DNA of 64,000 nucleotides from Lingula anatina (lineage: Eukaryota > Animalia > Brachiopoda). A program made the position numbers and the translations under genes. The number at the start of each line of letters is the position of its first letter. Position 1 is the first letter of the stretch. The notes under the pieces are model-generated. The model was not told where the DNA came from. It did not search any database and worked only from the letters and a program-made list of their open reading frames with translations. The stretch covers positions 23,024,534 through 23,088,533 of the forward strand of contig CM120644.1 of the NCBI GenBank assembly GCA_051362555.1, read 5' to 3'. This document shows positions 50,240 through 63,561 of this stretch, piece by piece.

Positions 50240-51901
50240 CAGACTTGACATTTAATATGGAATATTTTTTTCCAAATTATTTTTCGTCAGTTTTTTCCTA
50301 TTTTGCTGACTTATAAATGAAAATAAGGATTAAAATGGCGTTTTAATAACTTTTATTTATCTCTTTGATGTCATTGTGACATCAGTTCATCAATTGAATT
50401 CGCCAGTGAAGCAAACAAAAATGCATTGTCTATTTTAGGTTATACGGCAACCACTGAAAGCGATGTTTTGGATCTCTATATTTTCCAAATTATCGTCTTT
50501 AAAAGAGTTATACGCCCAACAAAGGACCCTCATGTCAGTGTCTTGTCACAGCAACGGTGGCTATTACACCTGACCTCATCTGGCTGCTACCAGAGCTTTC
50601 AAGCGGCAAGGCATTCCTTAGGATAGGTTTTTAGAGTTTAATCTGGAAAAAAATTCCAGGCAACGGTCAAAACTTGTCCAGTTTGGTGCAGTTTTGTTGT
50701 AGGACATGCAGGCTGTTGATTCGGAGAGTAATAACCTGCCCACGTATTGTCTATGTGGTTCAAATATGGCGATTTTGATGACCAATGTATCTGCTCAATC
50801 CCTTGGCTCTGTAAGTTATCTGCTATTAAAAGTGCTCTTTGTGAACGGGCAATCTCATCGTGCAACCTAAAATTGTTCCTAAGGTGCCCCCTATCAAATG
50901 ATAGTCAAATGGTTCCCACATTATTCCTTTATTTCATCTGGTTTAGGTTTTTATCAATGCCTACCATTGGTGTTTTGGCACCAATGTGGTATTCACTCCA
51001 AATACTGACGCTGTCAATGTCCCTAGTCACTTCAGAAGCGGCACACGACTTGTCGTAGGCCTCTTCTGGATGACTGTAAACTCTGTTTGAACCAGTTAAG
51101 CGGTACAGGTGAAATCTGACCTCAATAAAGAAAGCCACTCGGTTTCAGGGTTCTACCCAGAAACGGTCATGGTCCTCAATTCATTAGAGAGACAGACGAC
51201 GCTGTTTTGCTGTTTACAGTGGCTTCCTCAGAGGTCGTTTGGTATCCTAACCTGCTAAAACCAGTTTGGCATTCGCTAAGAGCCTTGAAAAACGCGTTTT
51301 GGTCACAATTTGCCCCTCATTCTGAACGGACTGGGTGGGTTTTGTTTAGTTGCAGCAGCATATCCTGAAGGACACTGAGTCCTGTACCCTGGTGGTAAGA
51401 CGGCGATACATTGGCCGTGGTCTCTGTGTAGGTACATCAGTCTGGGCATAACTCCATAAAACTGTGCTGACCATTTCGTTTGACACAATAATCTGTCTGG
51501 CAATGTCTGTCTTTTTCGCGCCATTCTGGCACAGATTAACAATTTTGTAAAACTTTGTTTAACTAGTTTTACGCACTGCAAAACTGGCCGCTTGCATACA
51601 AAATTTCAAATTCTTCTATGCAGTAGTTACCGACATATGGATACTTTTTTAACAGCACCATGCTTCGCCAAAGCCAAGCTTTGGCTATCCCAAAGGGGCA
51701 CTACCCAATTAAATCACTGCATATTACACAATGCAGCAGTGCACCAGACTTGGTAGTCAATTAATTCGTTGCGACACACCTGACTTCACACCTCTCCAGT
51801 CAGATGTTTTATGTGAGATCTGAGTTTTATGAAAAAAAGAACGCATTTTTACCAAGGTATACCTTTGAAACTGAAATATTCCATATTAAATGTCAAGTCT
51901 G
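50240..51901 (-). mobile_element. Tc1-like transposon, second family, degenerate transposase
   Basis: TA|CAGACTTGACATTTAATATGGAATATTT TIRs at both ends; remnants MARKRQ..., IEVRFHL, WSSKSPYLNHIDNTW. The empty site GCATACTAGTATATG is at ~42737. Confidence 0.92.
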
Positions 51902-52266
51902 TAGTATATGTACTATATCCATGTCATGTTTGAGTGTATGATTGTCTTTGCTAAGTTAAGCAGACCCCTTATATAATTAGCCCCTGCTTTCCGCACATAC
52001 GGCTGTTTAAATTGCTTGCACCCGCCCCCCTACCTCTACCCACCAGGATGTGACTAGAGCGTTAATGACAGTAACAGTGTTGTTTACCCAAAGTATGTCT
52101 AAAGAAGCTTTAATTGTCACATTAATTTGTCATGCATGACTGTGATGTGTGAGAGATTTGTCTATCCATACATAGAGTCAAGATAAACACCGATATTTTT
52201 TACGTGTAGCACTATGGCTACACGTACAGATGTGATATTATATTTTAGGCCGCTACCAGCCGGAAA

Positions 52267-55200
52267 ATGGTTCTGAAGGCAATTAGGTCGTTCTTCAGAC
52301 GGCTTTACATACTGTTGGTGGATCTGTACACGTTCCCAGAGCTGCGGCCAGTGTTTTTGGCTGGCGTGAAGAACGGGATGTTGGGTCTGTTTTTTAAGGG
52401 CCCAGTTTATAAAGATGTGAGCGACAGTTACGGTGGGAGTGCCCGGGTGATGTATATTCAAGGAGTGCCGCTGCCTCCCTTCCCTTCAATGCATGTTAAC
52501 TTACTGGAACAGGATGGATTCAAGGCCCGCAGTGACGATATATGGGTAGTTAATTGGCCAAAATCAGGTACGGGAAAGGATTGCTTTTGTTGTTGTAAAT
52601 GGTCAAAAACAATAGCAGATAAATGTTTTGATTTGTTAAAATGACGCACATCACACTTAATTAAATTAAGCGTATTCAAAACAGATGATTCTGACCTGCA
52701 GACGAAATATGGTCGACCTCAGTTAAAAGGCGATGTTGCTAATATTCCCTGATGGTCTCCCCGCCTGCATACTCACTGTCGCTGCAGGGGTCTAGCAATT
52801 AAGCCTCGGAGCCGAGATTTAATCCGTTTAATGGCGCGTGTGGATGGGGAAACCATAAGCGGATCATCTGTTCTGAATGCCTTTTTAAAGTAACAGGATG
52901 TAGAGCTCACAAATATAATTCCCAGACGTTTTAATTAATTTGATTAGAGTCGATTGCTTGTGCACTCGACTAGTTTATGACCTGTAATTATGTAACTTAA
53001 GTGGACGTGTGCAATTTGAATAATTAAAATTAATATGTACCGCCAAATAATGCAGCACGGAATCCAACTTGTGATAAGAAGTATTGTATAAAAGACGTGC
53101 AGAATTAATATCGGGGGGTCAAACGGAAGAAGACTCGAAGGTGACGGCCCGACAGAGCCATGGGAGACGGCTTAATAGTTGGAGGCTTCACGTAGAACAT
53201 GTAGTTAGAGAGCGTCAACTAATAAACCATTAAACTGGTCATTATGTGGACTTGGGTTTTCTTTGCGCGACCTTAGGTAAATCTGACACGAACCGTGGGA
53301 TCTTTGGATTGCGTTATCCACTAAGTTAGACGAAAATGTAATGTTCTATTTCGAGCCCACGCTTGCATTAAGCGTACAAAATTATATAAGTTTAGTACAT
53401 TCATCTCATATGTATATGTAAAAGGTACATTACAAGGAGTGGCACACATCCTTTGAGTTTTCCTTTCTATGTATGAAACTGTGGTTTATTGAAAATTTTA
53501 CTGCTTTATTTCAGGCACACATTGGATGTGGGAAATAGTCAAGATATTAACTTCTGGGCGGGCAGAATTAACTGACTCTTATAAAGGAGGCGCCATGTTT
53601 CCGGAACTGTGTCCGCTCCACGTAATAGAAAATATGGCGCCACCGCGTGTCCTGAATACGCATGTGCCTCTAAAACTTTTCCCAAAGGTGGCGCTGAATA
53701 GCAAGATAATCTACGTCGTTCGTAATCCAAAGGATGTATATGTGTCTTTATATTATCACGCGACGGGTATAGAACCGAAGTCAGCGAACTGCTCTTGGAA
53801 CGGGATGTATGAACTGCTGGTGAACGGCAAAGGTAAAATCTAAGAGACAATATGTCCTTATCTCCTGTTACTTCTGAGGTGGCCCTCTTCTCCACTTCCA
53901 TATTAGCTTAAAAGTGGTTACAAGTGAATTGAAGGAAAAAAATGCTTTTTTTTTCTCTATAACCTATATGATGTAATGCTTTTTACAGTTTCAAAAATAC
54001 TAGTTTTTAATGTTTACACTATAATAGCACCATGCATTTGTCGTTTCAGCTCAGTATGGCGACTGGTTCGACCACGTAGAAGAATGGTTGAAAGTCCTGG
54101 AGAACAATCCAAACGCCCTGATTATGACGTATGAGGACATGAAACTGGTAAATTATAAGAAGAGTGCAGGTTCCTCATTGGCGGATGAAGTGCTTGCTAG
54201 GGTAGGGCGTTAGGGTTTTTTTCCCAACGAAGGGACCACGCAACAAGTAGACGAGGACAATAAAACTGAAATTTGCGGATAACAGTTATCATGTTTTTCT
54301 TGTTTCAGATTGTCGGTTTTATTATTTCTAGGTGGGAGGGGGTACATAACAGGCTAAGGGGGTCACGTGGATGGGGATGACGTTGACAGCCATTCCCCTG
54401 GATCAGCTATCGATCCCAAGCAAAGAAACAGGTTGATGAAGTGTAAGATTAAGCAAGTTTAATTGTTTCTAAAGAAGCGAATGCAAAATGTATATAAGAA
54501 ATTACACACTGGAATGACTGTTGCCGGATAATGAGAGGGCCTTCGCTTCTCCAAATTAAATTCAGTCGTCAAACAAATGGGAAGGCTCTTTCAGTACATA
54601 ACTGAAAAAATGCTTAATGCGTCTTATCAGTTCGTTTTATTTCAGGACCTTAAGAAACAAGTGGGTCTAGTGGCCGAGTTTTTGGGACGTGAAAGATCAG
54701 AGCAGTTCTACAGCGACGTGGCTAGATTATGCTCCTTTCAACATATGAAGAAAGAAAAGAAAGAAATCAGGAATGTCTGGGCGGAGGACAGCGAAGGCAT
54801 ATTTAGGAAAGGTAACCTATTTGCAGAATGAGGATTCATCCTTTCTTTCAGAGGAGTAAAGTTGAAATAATTAGTCTTTTTTTTAATTTTGTTACTGTGC
54901 GTGAGCGTAATGTTTATTTGCAGAAAGCTTCACTGAGATATCTCCGTGAGTGTCTTGCTCCCAGTATTGGAGCATTAAATGTGGTCAAAAATACAATTAT
55001 AAATCAGTGACACATATATTTACATATATTGTATTGTCTGGTTCTAGTTTATGAAATAATTCGACGAAAGTGTGCTGGAATGACTGTTTTCTGTACTTCA
55101 CAGTTGCTCGTGCACTTTACAAAAACATGACAAAATCGTGATTTTGTATTTCTTTAAAAGTACATGAAACCCAAGTGCAAGCGATAAGTGATAAAGTGAA

Positions 55201-55424
55201 GCATAAATACATTCATGATCGAGGGGATCGATGAATCCGATTTTTTTCTTTTTTTATTCACCTTAAAATGGACATCCATTTCCTTTCACTTATTTATTTG
55301 TTTGTTTTTAGGCACAGTGGGAGATTGGAGGAATCATTTCACGGTGGCTCAGAACGAGGAGTTCAATCAGATATTCTGCAGGAGGATGAAGAACATCAAC
55401 CTTGACTTGAAATTTGAGCTTTGA
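52267..55424 (+). CDS. SULT1-like sulfotransferase, paralogue C
   Basis: Exons 52267-52567, 53515-53832, 54050-54147, 54646-54811 and 55312-55424. Same motifs as B, except GTVGDWRN in the last exon. Confidence 0.92.
52899..53434 (+). mobile_element. Solo LTR, 536 bp, in SULT C intron 1
   Basis: AGGA|TGTA...TACA|AGGA (TG..CA ends, 4-bp TSD); internal TATATAAAAG (~53087) and AATAAA (53221); absent from the SULT B intron (~45585). Confidence 0.8.
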
Positions 55425-55434
55425 TCACATCCCG

Positions 55435-55625
55435 CTTTTTTGGCTATCCAAAGACGGTGTGACACGAATGGTAGTCCTAAGAATGGAAGTCCGGGGTCTA
55501 ATGAGTTTAGTACAGGTTAGGGCTACTTGAAATATTGGGGTTAGTATATGGGACGGATGTCACCTGTACAAAGTAATGGGGAACGGACAACGGTTCCTAG
55601 CGGATTACCATTCCTGTTACACCGG
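55435..55625. mobile_element. Small inverted-repeat element 3' of SULT C; related sequence at ~48417-48581 and ~49580-49597
   Basis: CGGTGTGACACGAATGGTAGTCC...GGATTACCATTCCTGTTACACCG. Confidence 0.65.
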
Positions 55626-56622
55626 CAGCGTTGAAATGAATGGGTTCGTTTCCAAAGCCGTTAAAATGTTCGCCTCTTCCATCTTAAATATTACAGATTT
55701 TGAATGAAACCAAAAAACGCTAGTAATATATGTTAAAATAATTTCATGCATGATTGCTTTGTTATGCCATATATACCAAACTATTCGCTAGTAGAGAATG
55801 TCAATATTTGTTTTAATGAATATATATTTTTTTAATATTGTTTAACCAACTTCATTCTGCAAATATCCCATTTTTGTTTAGTTTTTAAATTTAAGGTTTC
55901 ATTTTGTTCGTTGATTAATTTCTTAAACAGTTGATATGGTTATTTTTGCTTTAATGATTAAGTCCATTTATATGTTATTTCTTGTTTTAAAAGTTATAGC
56001 TCTCCTCAGAGAAGTTCAACAAGAAGCCACCCATACACTTAGAATGCGTTTTAAACCCAGCTTCGTGTGGCTTTAAATTTAGTGGATTTTCTAGTAAACA
56101 ATTAGGGACGGGTTTGAGAAAAAATCCCAAAGTTTTTAGATGAATTAATTTATAAACATAGATGCATATAGAAGGGTGCATTTGTTGTTTTCATAAACAT
56201 TTCAAATAATTCATAACTGAATTTGACTAAATGTAGCTTAGTAGACTAAACTGCGCCTTTTGTATACCATGGCACGTGAGAAAAAATATACTGCAAATTG
56301 ATGACCTCCACTGGTACATATCTCAAATCAACATAAAAATCACATCTTTTGTTCTTTGGGCGCTAGTTTGGATTGTCTGCTGTCATGTAGATACAGATCG
56401 AAATATAATCACCAGTTATACAAAAAAATAAATAAAGAAATAAAGAAAAAAAAATAATAATAATGATAGAATAAATGTAAATCTTCTTTTGATAAAAGAT
56501 GGGGACAGTTTTGTTGTTCACAGATTAAGTTCACCGTCACCCCATGCATGAAGGCAGAATTACACGTTTTGTCGTCATAAGATTTATTTTATTTTAATGT
56601 CATAAATTCATACATAATTTCC

Positions 56623-56698
<76 letters not shown>

Positions 56699-56712
56699 AT
56701 GGTTCCATCCAG

Positions 56713-57361
56713 GCCTTGCGTTGCACTATGAACATTACAAACCGGGAGGATGTGAAATAGGGTCAGGGGCGGATCCAGGTCTATTTGAAGGGGGGGGGGG
56801 GGTCGACAACGACAGGCCTCGGATGCGAAGCCGACCAACGCCCCCTTGGTGTGGGGTTAGGAGCCTGCTCTAAGGTCCCGAGAATTTTTTTGTGTTTTGG
56901 AGAGCAAACAGTGCCTTTTTGTACGGTTTAGAATTATAATTTAACTAGTCAAAATTCTGATTTCAAGTGGTGTGATATATATATTTTTGGTGTGATATAT
57001 ATATTTTTCAAAAACCGAAGGGGGGGTAGGACCCCTCTAACACCCATCTAAATCCGCCACTGAGGTGAGTTGTTTTTAATATATATTTTTTACATTTATC
57101 ACTCTCTGTATACATATAAACTATAGAAATAACAGTTGTGACTTTATAATCTGAAATGAAATGTGTTCAAGTAAAACAGACCCCTTCAGAAAGTATGATG
57201 ATCATCAGGTCTGCAATTTCTTATTTTCGATAACTGTGCCTCTTCCAGTAAGTGCTCTTTTTGACATGCTTTTAAAATATTTGCTTTAAACTTCACAGCA
57301 AATACATTACGCAAATAACAGCGGTTGTTAAATAATTTTGAAAATAAAACGTATTTAGAAG

Positions 57362-57397
<36 letters not shown>

Positions 57398-57655
57398 AGA
57401 CCACGTGTTACATGTATTTTTTTCAATGTTTTGCCCTCTTTTAACAGACCCAAGAGCCATGACGAGATGAGCAACTTTTACATCATGTGCGCTACTTCAT
57501 GGCCAAGATAATCTGAAAGTACAGTACAGCTTCTGGGATGCGCAAAAACAGCAAGCTCGCTAGAAGGCGTCAATCGCCTCACACCGAAAACGATCGATAG
57601 AAGACGAAAATTACCGAAAAGCCTGTCACAAAAGCCAAAGGGCATTATGAAGTAA
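56713..57655 (+). pseudogene. PHM pseudogene fragment (copies of exons 11 and 12 only)
   Basis: 56713-56762 matches exon 11 with a frameshifting deletion. 57448-57655 matches exon 12 with EMC changed to EMS, a frameshift and a ~37 nt deletion. No upstream PHM exons nearby. Confidence 0.9.
56764..57062. mobile_element. MITE inserted in the donor site of the pseudo-PHM exon
   Basis: CAGGGGCGGATCCAG...CTAAATCCGCCACTG interrupts the ancestral ATAGGGTGAGT seen intact at 28884-28894. Confidence 0.78.
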
Positions 57656-57725
57656 TAATCATGCTATTACTGTACACATGTAGGCCTATGTGATTTGTAT
57701 TTGAGACTTGTTGTCTTAAATTCGT

Positions 57726-59845
57726 TCAAAGTTCAAATTTTAAATCCAAATTTATGTCCTTCATCCTCCTAGTGTACATTTCGTTGAATTTCTCATTCTG
57801 TGCCATCGTGAAATAGTTCTTCCAGTCTCCCACCGTCCCTATAAACAGCAAATATAGAATATAGAATATTTACCAGCCGTGCAAAGGTTTACAATAATTG
57901 CAATTGTTTTTTTTAATTTAAAACATGTTGGTACTGAATAAGCTGGAGATGATTTTAGTATTAAAAGTTCGGGGTTGAGGAGTTGATTGAGTTGCTTTTA
58001 CAGGTCTGATGATAGATAATACCAAACAGAATCATACAGCAGACATATACACAAGAATTTCAGAGAGAAAAAGAATACACCATGACCGCCATACGAACTG
58101 AAACCGCCCCTCGTCTTTTATTTCTATAAATTTACAAGAACTACCACGAAAAAAAGCAATAATTAATGATAATTGCATGTCACTTTTGTACATCAATATT
58201 TACCTTTTCTGTATATCCCTGTACTTTCTTTGCTCCATGCCGATTTGATGTCCCTCTTTTCTTTTTTCATGTTACCAAAAGAACACAGCTTGGCGACGTC
58301 ATCGTAGAACTTATCTGACCGTTTGTAGCCCAGGAATTCTGCCACGCGGCGCACTTGTTTCTTAAAATCCTTAACACATTTGTTAAACATGAGTAAGCGA
58401 CTAGTGACATTGATACAGTATGAAAGATACATAATAATAACCGTCACCATAAAAATTCTGTAACAGAAAATTGGTTGCTACCTGGTCTTAATTCTTCATT
58501 GATTGTTTTATATTTTTAAATATAATTTTGATTCATTTGCCAACTTCCCTATTAACATATTAGGCGTTCAAACATGTATATCAGAATAATAAAAAAGATT
58601 ACAATGGCATATTTAGAGACGCATGGCCCCTTCACATTTCTGAAATTCTAAAATAAGGTTATGTTGAGTGAGAGAGGCACTCATTGTGCACATAACATAA
58701 TACCTATCAGATTTGGTATCATGTGCTTACCATTTTCATGTCCTCGTACGTCACAATGAGGGCGTTTGAATTGTTCTCCAGAACTTTCAACCATTCTTCC
58801 ACGTGGTCGAACCAGTTTCCGTAATAAGCTGTAATAATAATATATAGGCGACTTTAAGTCTGTCTAAATCGTAAATAAGCTCAATTGTTGATTGGGCTCT
58901 GATAAAGCTTACGTCTCCGGAGATGTCTTGTTATTTGTTATTGAAAACATTACCGTCCTTTACATATGGAACTAGAATGATTAGTAATAAATCAATCAAT
59001 CAATAAAAAAACTCAAGCTTCATTGTCTGGATTCTTTTATAATGCGTGAGCGATTGTTTGCCAAATTTTTATAGCTCGACAATATAAACTTCAAGTGTGT
59101 ATATTTCCCATTAATTGGGTATGTTTTCTAAAGGATTTGCTCCGTTCAAGCCATTTTGATATGTCAAATCCTTTCAGGATATTGAAGAATCTTTACAGAA
59201 ATGTTTGGTCTAGATAGTGATTTGGATCATGGGGAACCAAAGGAAAGCTCATTTATAGTGACATAACCTGGAATTGTTACTAAAATCAACCAATATTGTA
59301 TGAGTTCGCTCTGTTGACAGACATACAAACAGATAAACGTGGCCATAAAGGTGGGTGATCAAATTCTGAGATATTGTCTTTGATGTTTAATTTGAGATCA
59401 CTTTGAATTCCTTACCTTTCCCATTAATCATTAACTCTAACGTGCCTTCCCACGATACGTTGTCAAGCCTGTACATCGACATGCCTTTCTGATGGTGATA
59501 GATAGACACGCACGCGTCCTTGGGATTACGAACAGTGTAGATTATTTTGGATTTTAAAGCCCCCTTTGGGAAAAGTTTTAAGGGCACATGCGTATCGAGG
59601 ACACGCGGTGACGTCATCTTATCTGCCGCCTGGAGCGTGCATGCTTCCGGGAACATGGCGCCTACTTTTACCGAGTCTCTCAATTTTGCTCGCCCTGAGG
59701 ACAACATCATGACTATTTCCCACATCCAGTGTGTACCTGGAAGAAAACGTCGAGGGTTTGATTGTAAAAATCAGACCATAACTATATTTAAGTGTAAAGG
59801 CGACATTTGGTGGCTCCTCAACGAGGCAGGAACCACACAAAGAAG

Positions 59846-59903
<58 letters not shown>

Positions 59904-60562
59904 GCAAGGCTGCTTTTAAAAAGAGGATGAAGATGAAAAAAAATCATCATTTTCTATATATGCATGTGCATACAATATAAAGAACCTTTCTTTCTTACCC
60001 AAAGTTTTTATTTATGCAGATCGAAAATAAACGTTCTTCAATATGAGAAGTGGAACCAGTGGTACCAAAAGTTACAACTGTTACAAAAGTTCCATTTGTT
60101 TTAAACCATAACTTAATAAGGAACTGGAATTTCTACAGACGTCTTTTCAGTTCACTGCGCTGTTAGTTTGAAATGTTGATGATATTCAATAATTTTTAAT
60201 TAGTTCTGTTCATTGAATCAATAAAATTGACAGTACATATTGTCCCGCAGAATATTCCACTAAGCTGTACCTGATTTTGGCCAATTAACGATCCAAATAT
60301 CGTCACTGCGGGCCTGAAACTTGTCAATTCGTTGTAAATTGATTTGTAGACCCGGGAAAGGCGGCAGCGGGACGCCGTCGACAAACAAAGTGGGTACAAA
60401 CCCTCCGTGGCCGTCGTGAACTTTTTCAACATTTGCACCACCTCCCTGAAGACGTTGTTTCATGAACCCAAATATCATCGGCCGTAGCTCTGGTAACATA
60501 TACAGGTCGATAATAGTAAGGTACAGGCGTCTGCAGATCGCGCTTAAAAGCTCTAACACCAT
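57726..60562 (-). CDS. SULT1-like sulfotransferase, paralogue D (duplicate of A)
   Basis: Exons 60562-60271, 59736-59416, 58828-58731, ~58369-58204 and 57838-57726. Same motifs as A; no disruption seen. Confidence 0.92.
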
Positions 60563-61813
60563 CTCGGACGACTTGAACTTCAGCTGAAATAAATCATTCC
60601 AAAGACTCTCATCGCAGTTTCTCTCACAGGTTTTGTCACAGACTTACTAGTACGTGACGGAAAGAATGAGCAACTTGTATTTGTTGGTACACCGTATCAC
60701 GGACACTTCTCACCGGCACCTCACAAAATCCAGCAAAACGCACGCTGTCTGAGATGTGATCAAACAACGATCTTGTCATGCACTGATTCATAGATAAAAA
60801 TAATAATCCAAAAAAGGTTCACCTTAATATAAACATTTAGTTTTACAGCTGGGTTTATCCATTGTGTTAGCTGACCTTACGAGGAATTTAGCTTTTACTG
60901 AGCGTGAGTATATTTGTGTGGGACAGTTTTCTCCTGTGTTTTCACTAAAATGAGACAGTCCGAAAGGGACAGTGCACTTCTGTGCAGCATACCGATTTAC
61001 AAGCAGTTCTGCAACCAATGTGTCTTTACATGTATTCCTAATACCGGGAAAAATGTATTTACATTGAAAAACTTCGTGGAGGCCTTTGACTTTGAGGTTT
61101 AATGTTCTGTGCTACCATTTGAAGTATTAATGCTGAGAAATATGGGGAAAGTAAATGAAAGAGCAAAGAAACAGTAATTACCTGACGCCGTATCAATTAT
61201 GCATCAGTATAAGTTTTAACGAATAAGAGATATGACAAGTAGTAACATTATACTTTACAGGTACGGACTGTGACTACCATTTGGGCGAGCATGTCACTAG
61301 TTCCCCTCCCCTAACGTGTATTTATAATTTGTCCATAATAGTGCTGATAAAATAATGTCTTTCAGTGTTAAACATTTGAACAGGTAATTATTTATCTGAA
61401 AAGATCCTATTTTTTAAATATGTTCAGATGTTGTAAGAGCGAGAAATATGGTGTCCATTTCTCAAGTTCAAACAAGAGAAAACATACAAGTTATGGCTGA
61501 TTTTCAATAGATAGGGTCTGGAGAAGATCAAATGGAATGTAGCCTACAGATTTGTTGATGTTTCTGTAATGAATTCTTGATAGCGTAGCTCAATTTCGAA
61601 TTAGCTGCTAGATGTAGTTCCAACAGCGTAAGAAGTGTTTTTAGTTATTTATAAAAAAAGTTTACAAAACATGATGTGTTTTTTTCAGAATGTTATTAAA
61701 ACGCTAGTAAAACTTCATAATATAACATTATCATAAAATTTTTAATAAACGGTTTTCGAATCATTCTCCAGTCATAAAGTTGTTTATGTTCTATTTATTC
61801 TAATGAATGTGTG

Positions 61814-61901
<88 letters not shown>

Positions 61902-61903
<2 letters not shown>

Positions 61904-63561
61904 TTGACATTTAATATGGAATATTTCAGTTTTAAAGGTATACCTAGGTAAAAATGCGTTCTTTATTGAAAACACTCAGATCTCATATAAGATATCTGAC
62001 TGGGGAAGTATGAAGAAAGGTGTGTCTCTACCAATTAACTGCTTACCAAGTCTGATGCACTGCTGCATTGTTAAATATGCATTGATTTAACTGGGTAGTG
62101 CTCCTTTGGGCTGGTCAAATCTTGGCTTTGGCGAGGGATGGTTCTGTCAAAAAAGTATCCATATGTCGGCAACCATTGCATAGAAGAATTTGAAATTTTG
62201 CATGCAAGCGGTCGGTTTTGCAGTGCGTAAAATGAGTTAAGTACTGTTTTTCAAAATTGTTAAAATGTGCCAGAATGGCGCGAAAAAGACAGACATTGCC
62301 AGACAGATTATTGCCCCAAAAGGAACGGTCCGCACAATTTCACAAACTTATGCCCAGGCTCATGTACCCACACAGACACCACGTCCAATGTATCGATATC
62401 TTACCACAAGAATACAGGACTCAATTTCCTTCAGGATATGCTGCTGCAATTAAACCAAAACCACCCAGTCCGTTTTTAATGAGGGGCAAATTGTCACTAA
62501 AGCGCGTTTTTCAAGTCTCTTAGCGAACACCAAACTGGTTTAAGCAGATTAAGATACCAGCCCACCTCTGAGGAGGCCACTGTAAACAGCAGAACAGCGT
62601 AGTCTGTTTCTCTAATGAATTGGGGACCATGACCGTTTCTGGGTAGAACATTGAAACCGCGTTGTTTTCTTTATTGAGGTCAGATTTCGCCTGTACCGCT
62701 AAATTGGTCAAAAAAGAGTTTACAGACATCTTCAAGAGGCCTACGACAAGGTGTGTGCCACTTCTGAAGTGACTAGGGCCATTAACAGCGTCAGTATTTG
62801 GAGTTGATACCACATTGGTGCCAAAACACCAATGGAAGTCATTGACTAAAACCTGAACCAGATCAAATAAAGGAATAATCTGGGAACCACTTGACTATCA
62901 TTTGATAGGGGACACCTTAGGAACAGTTTTAGGTTGCACGATCAGATTGCTGGTTCACACAGAGCACTTTTATTAGCAGATAACTTACAGAACCAAGGGA
63001 ATGAGCAGCTACCTTGGTCATCAAAATCGCCATATTTGAACCACTTTGACAATATGTGGTTAGGTCAATAGTTGCCAAATCAACGGCCAGCATGTCCTAC
63101 AACAAAATTGAACCAAATTGGACAAGCTTTAACCGTTGCCTGGACTTTTATTCCAGATTAAATTCTTAAAAAACTATCGCAAGAAATGCCTTGCCTCTTG
63201 AAAGCTCTGGTAGCAGAAGGATAAGGTCAGGCATAGCGGCGACCTTTACTGTGACTAGACACTGACATGAAGGTTCTTTGTGGGTCGTGTTTACTCTTTT
63301 AAAGACGATAATTTGGAAAATATGGAGATCCAAAATATCGCTTTCAATGGTTGTCGTATGACTTAAGATTGGCAATGTAGTTTTGTTTGCTTCATTGGCG
63401 AAGTCAATTAAAGAACTGATGTCACAATGAAATGGAACAGTTTATCATAAGTTATAAAAACACGATTTTGATCCTTATTTTCATTTATCAGTCTGCAAAA
63501 TAGGAAAAAAACTGATGAATTATGATTTGGAAAAAATATTCCATATTAAATGTCAAGTCTG
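61902..63561 (+). mobile_element. Tc1-like transposon, second copy of the 50240-51901 family, inserted in (TA)n
   Basis: Same TIR (ACTTGACATTTAATATGGAATATTT...AAATATTCCATATTAAATGTCAAGTCTG|TA) and a collinear degenerate interior in the opposite orientation. Confidence 0.92.

Noticed and set aside
54240-54580. Insertion in SULT C intron 3 that might be Helentron-like
   Set aside because: It is absent from B, but I could not define termini, a hairpin or a TSD.
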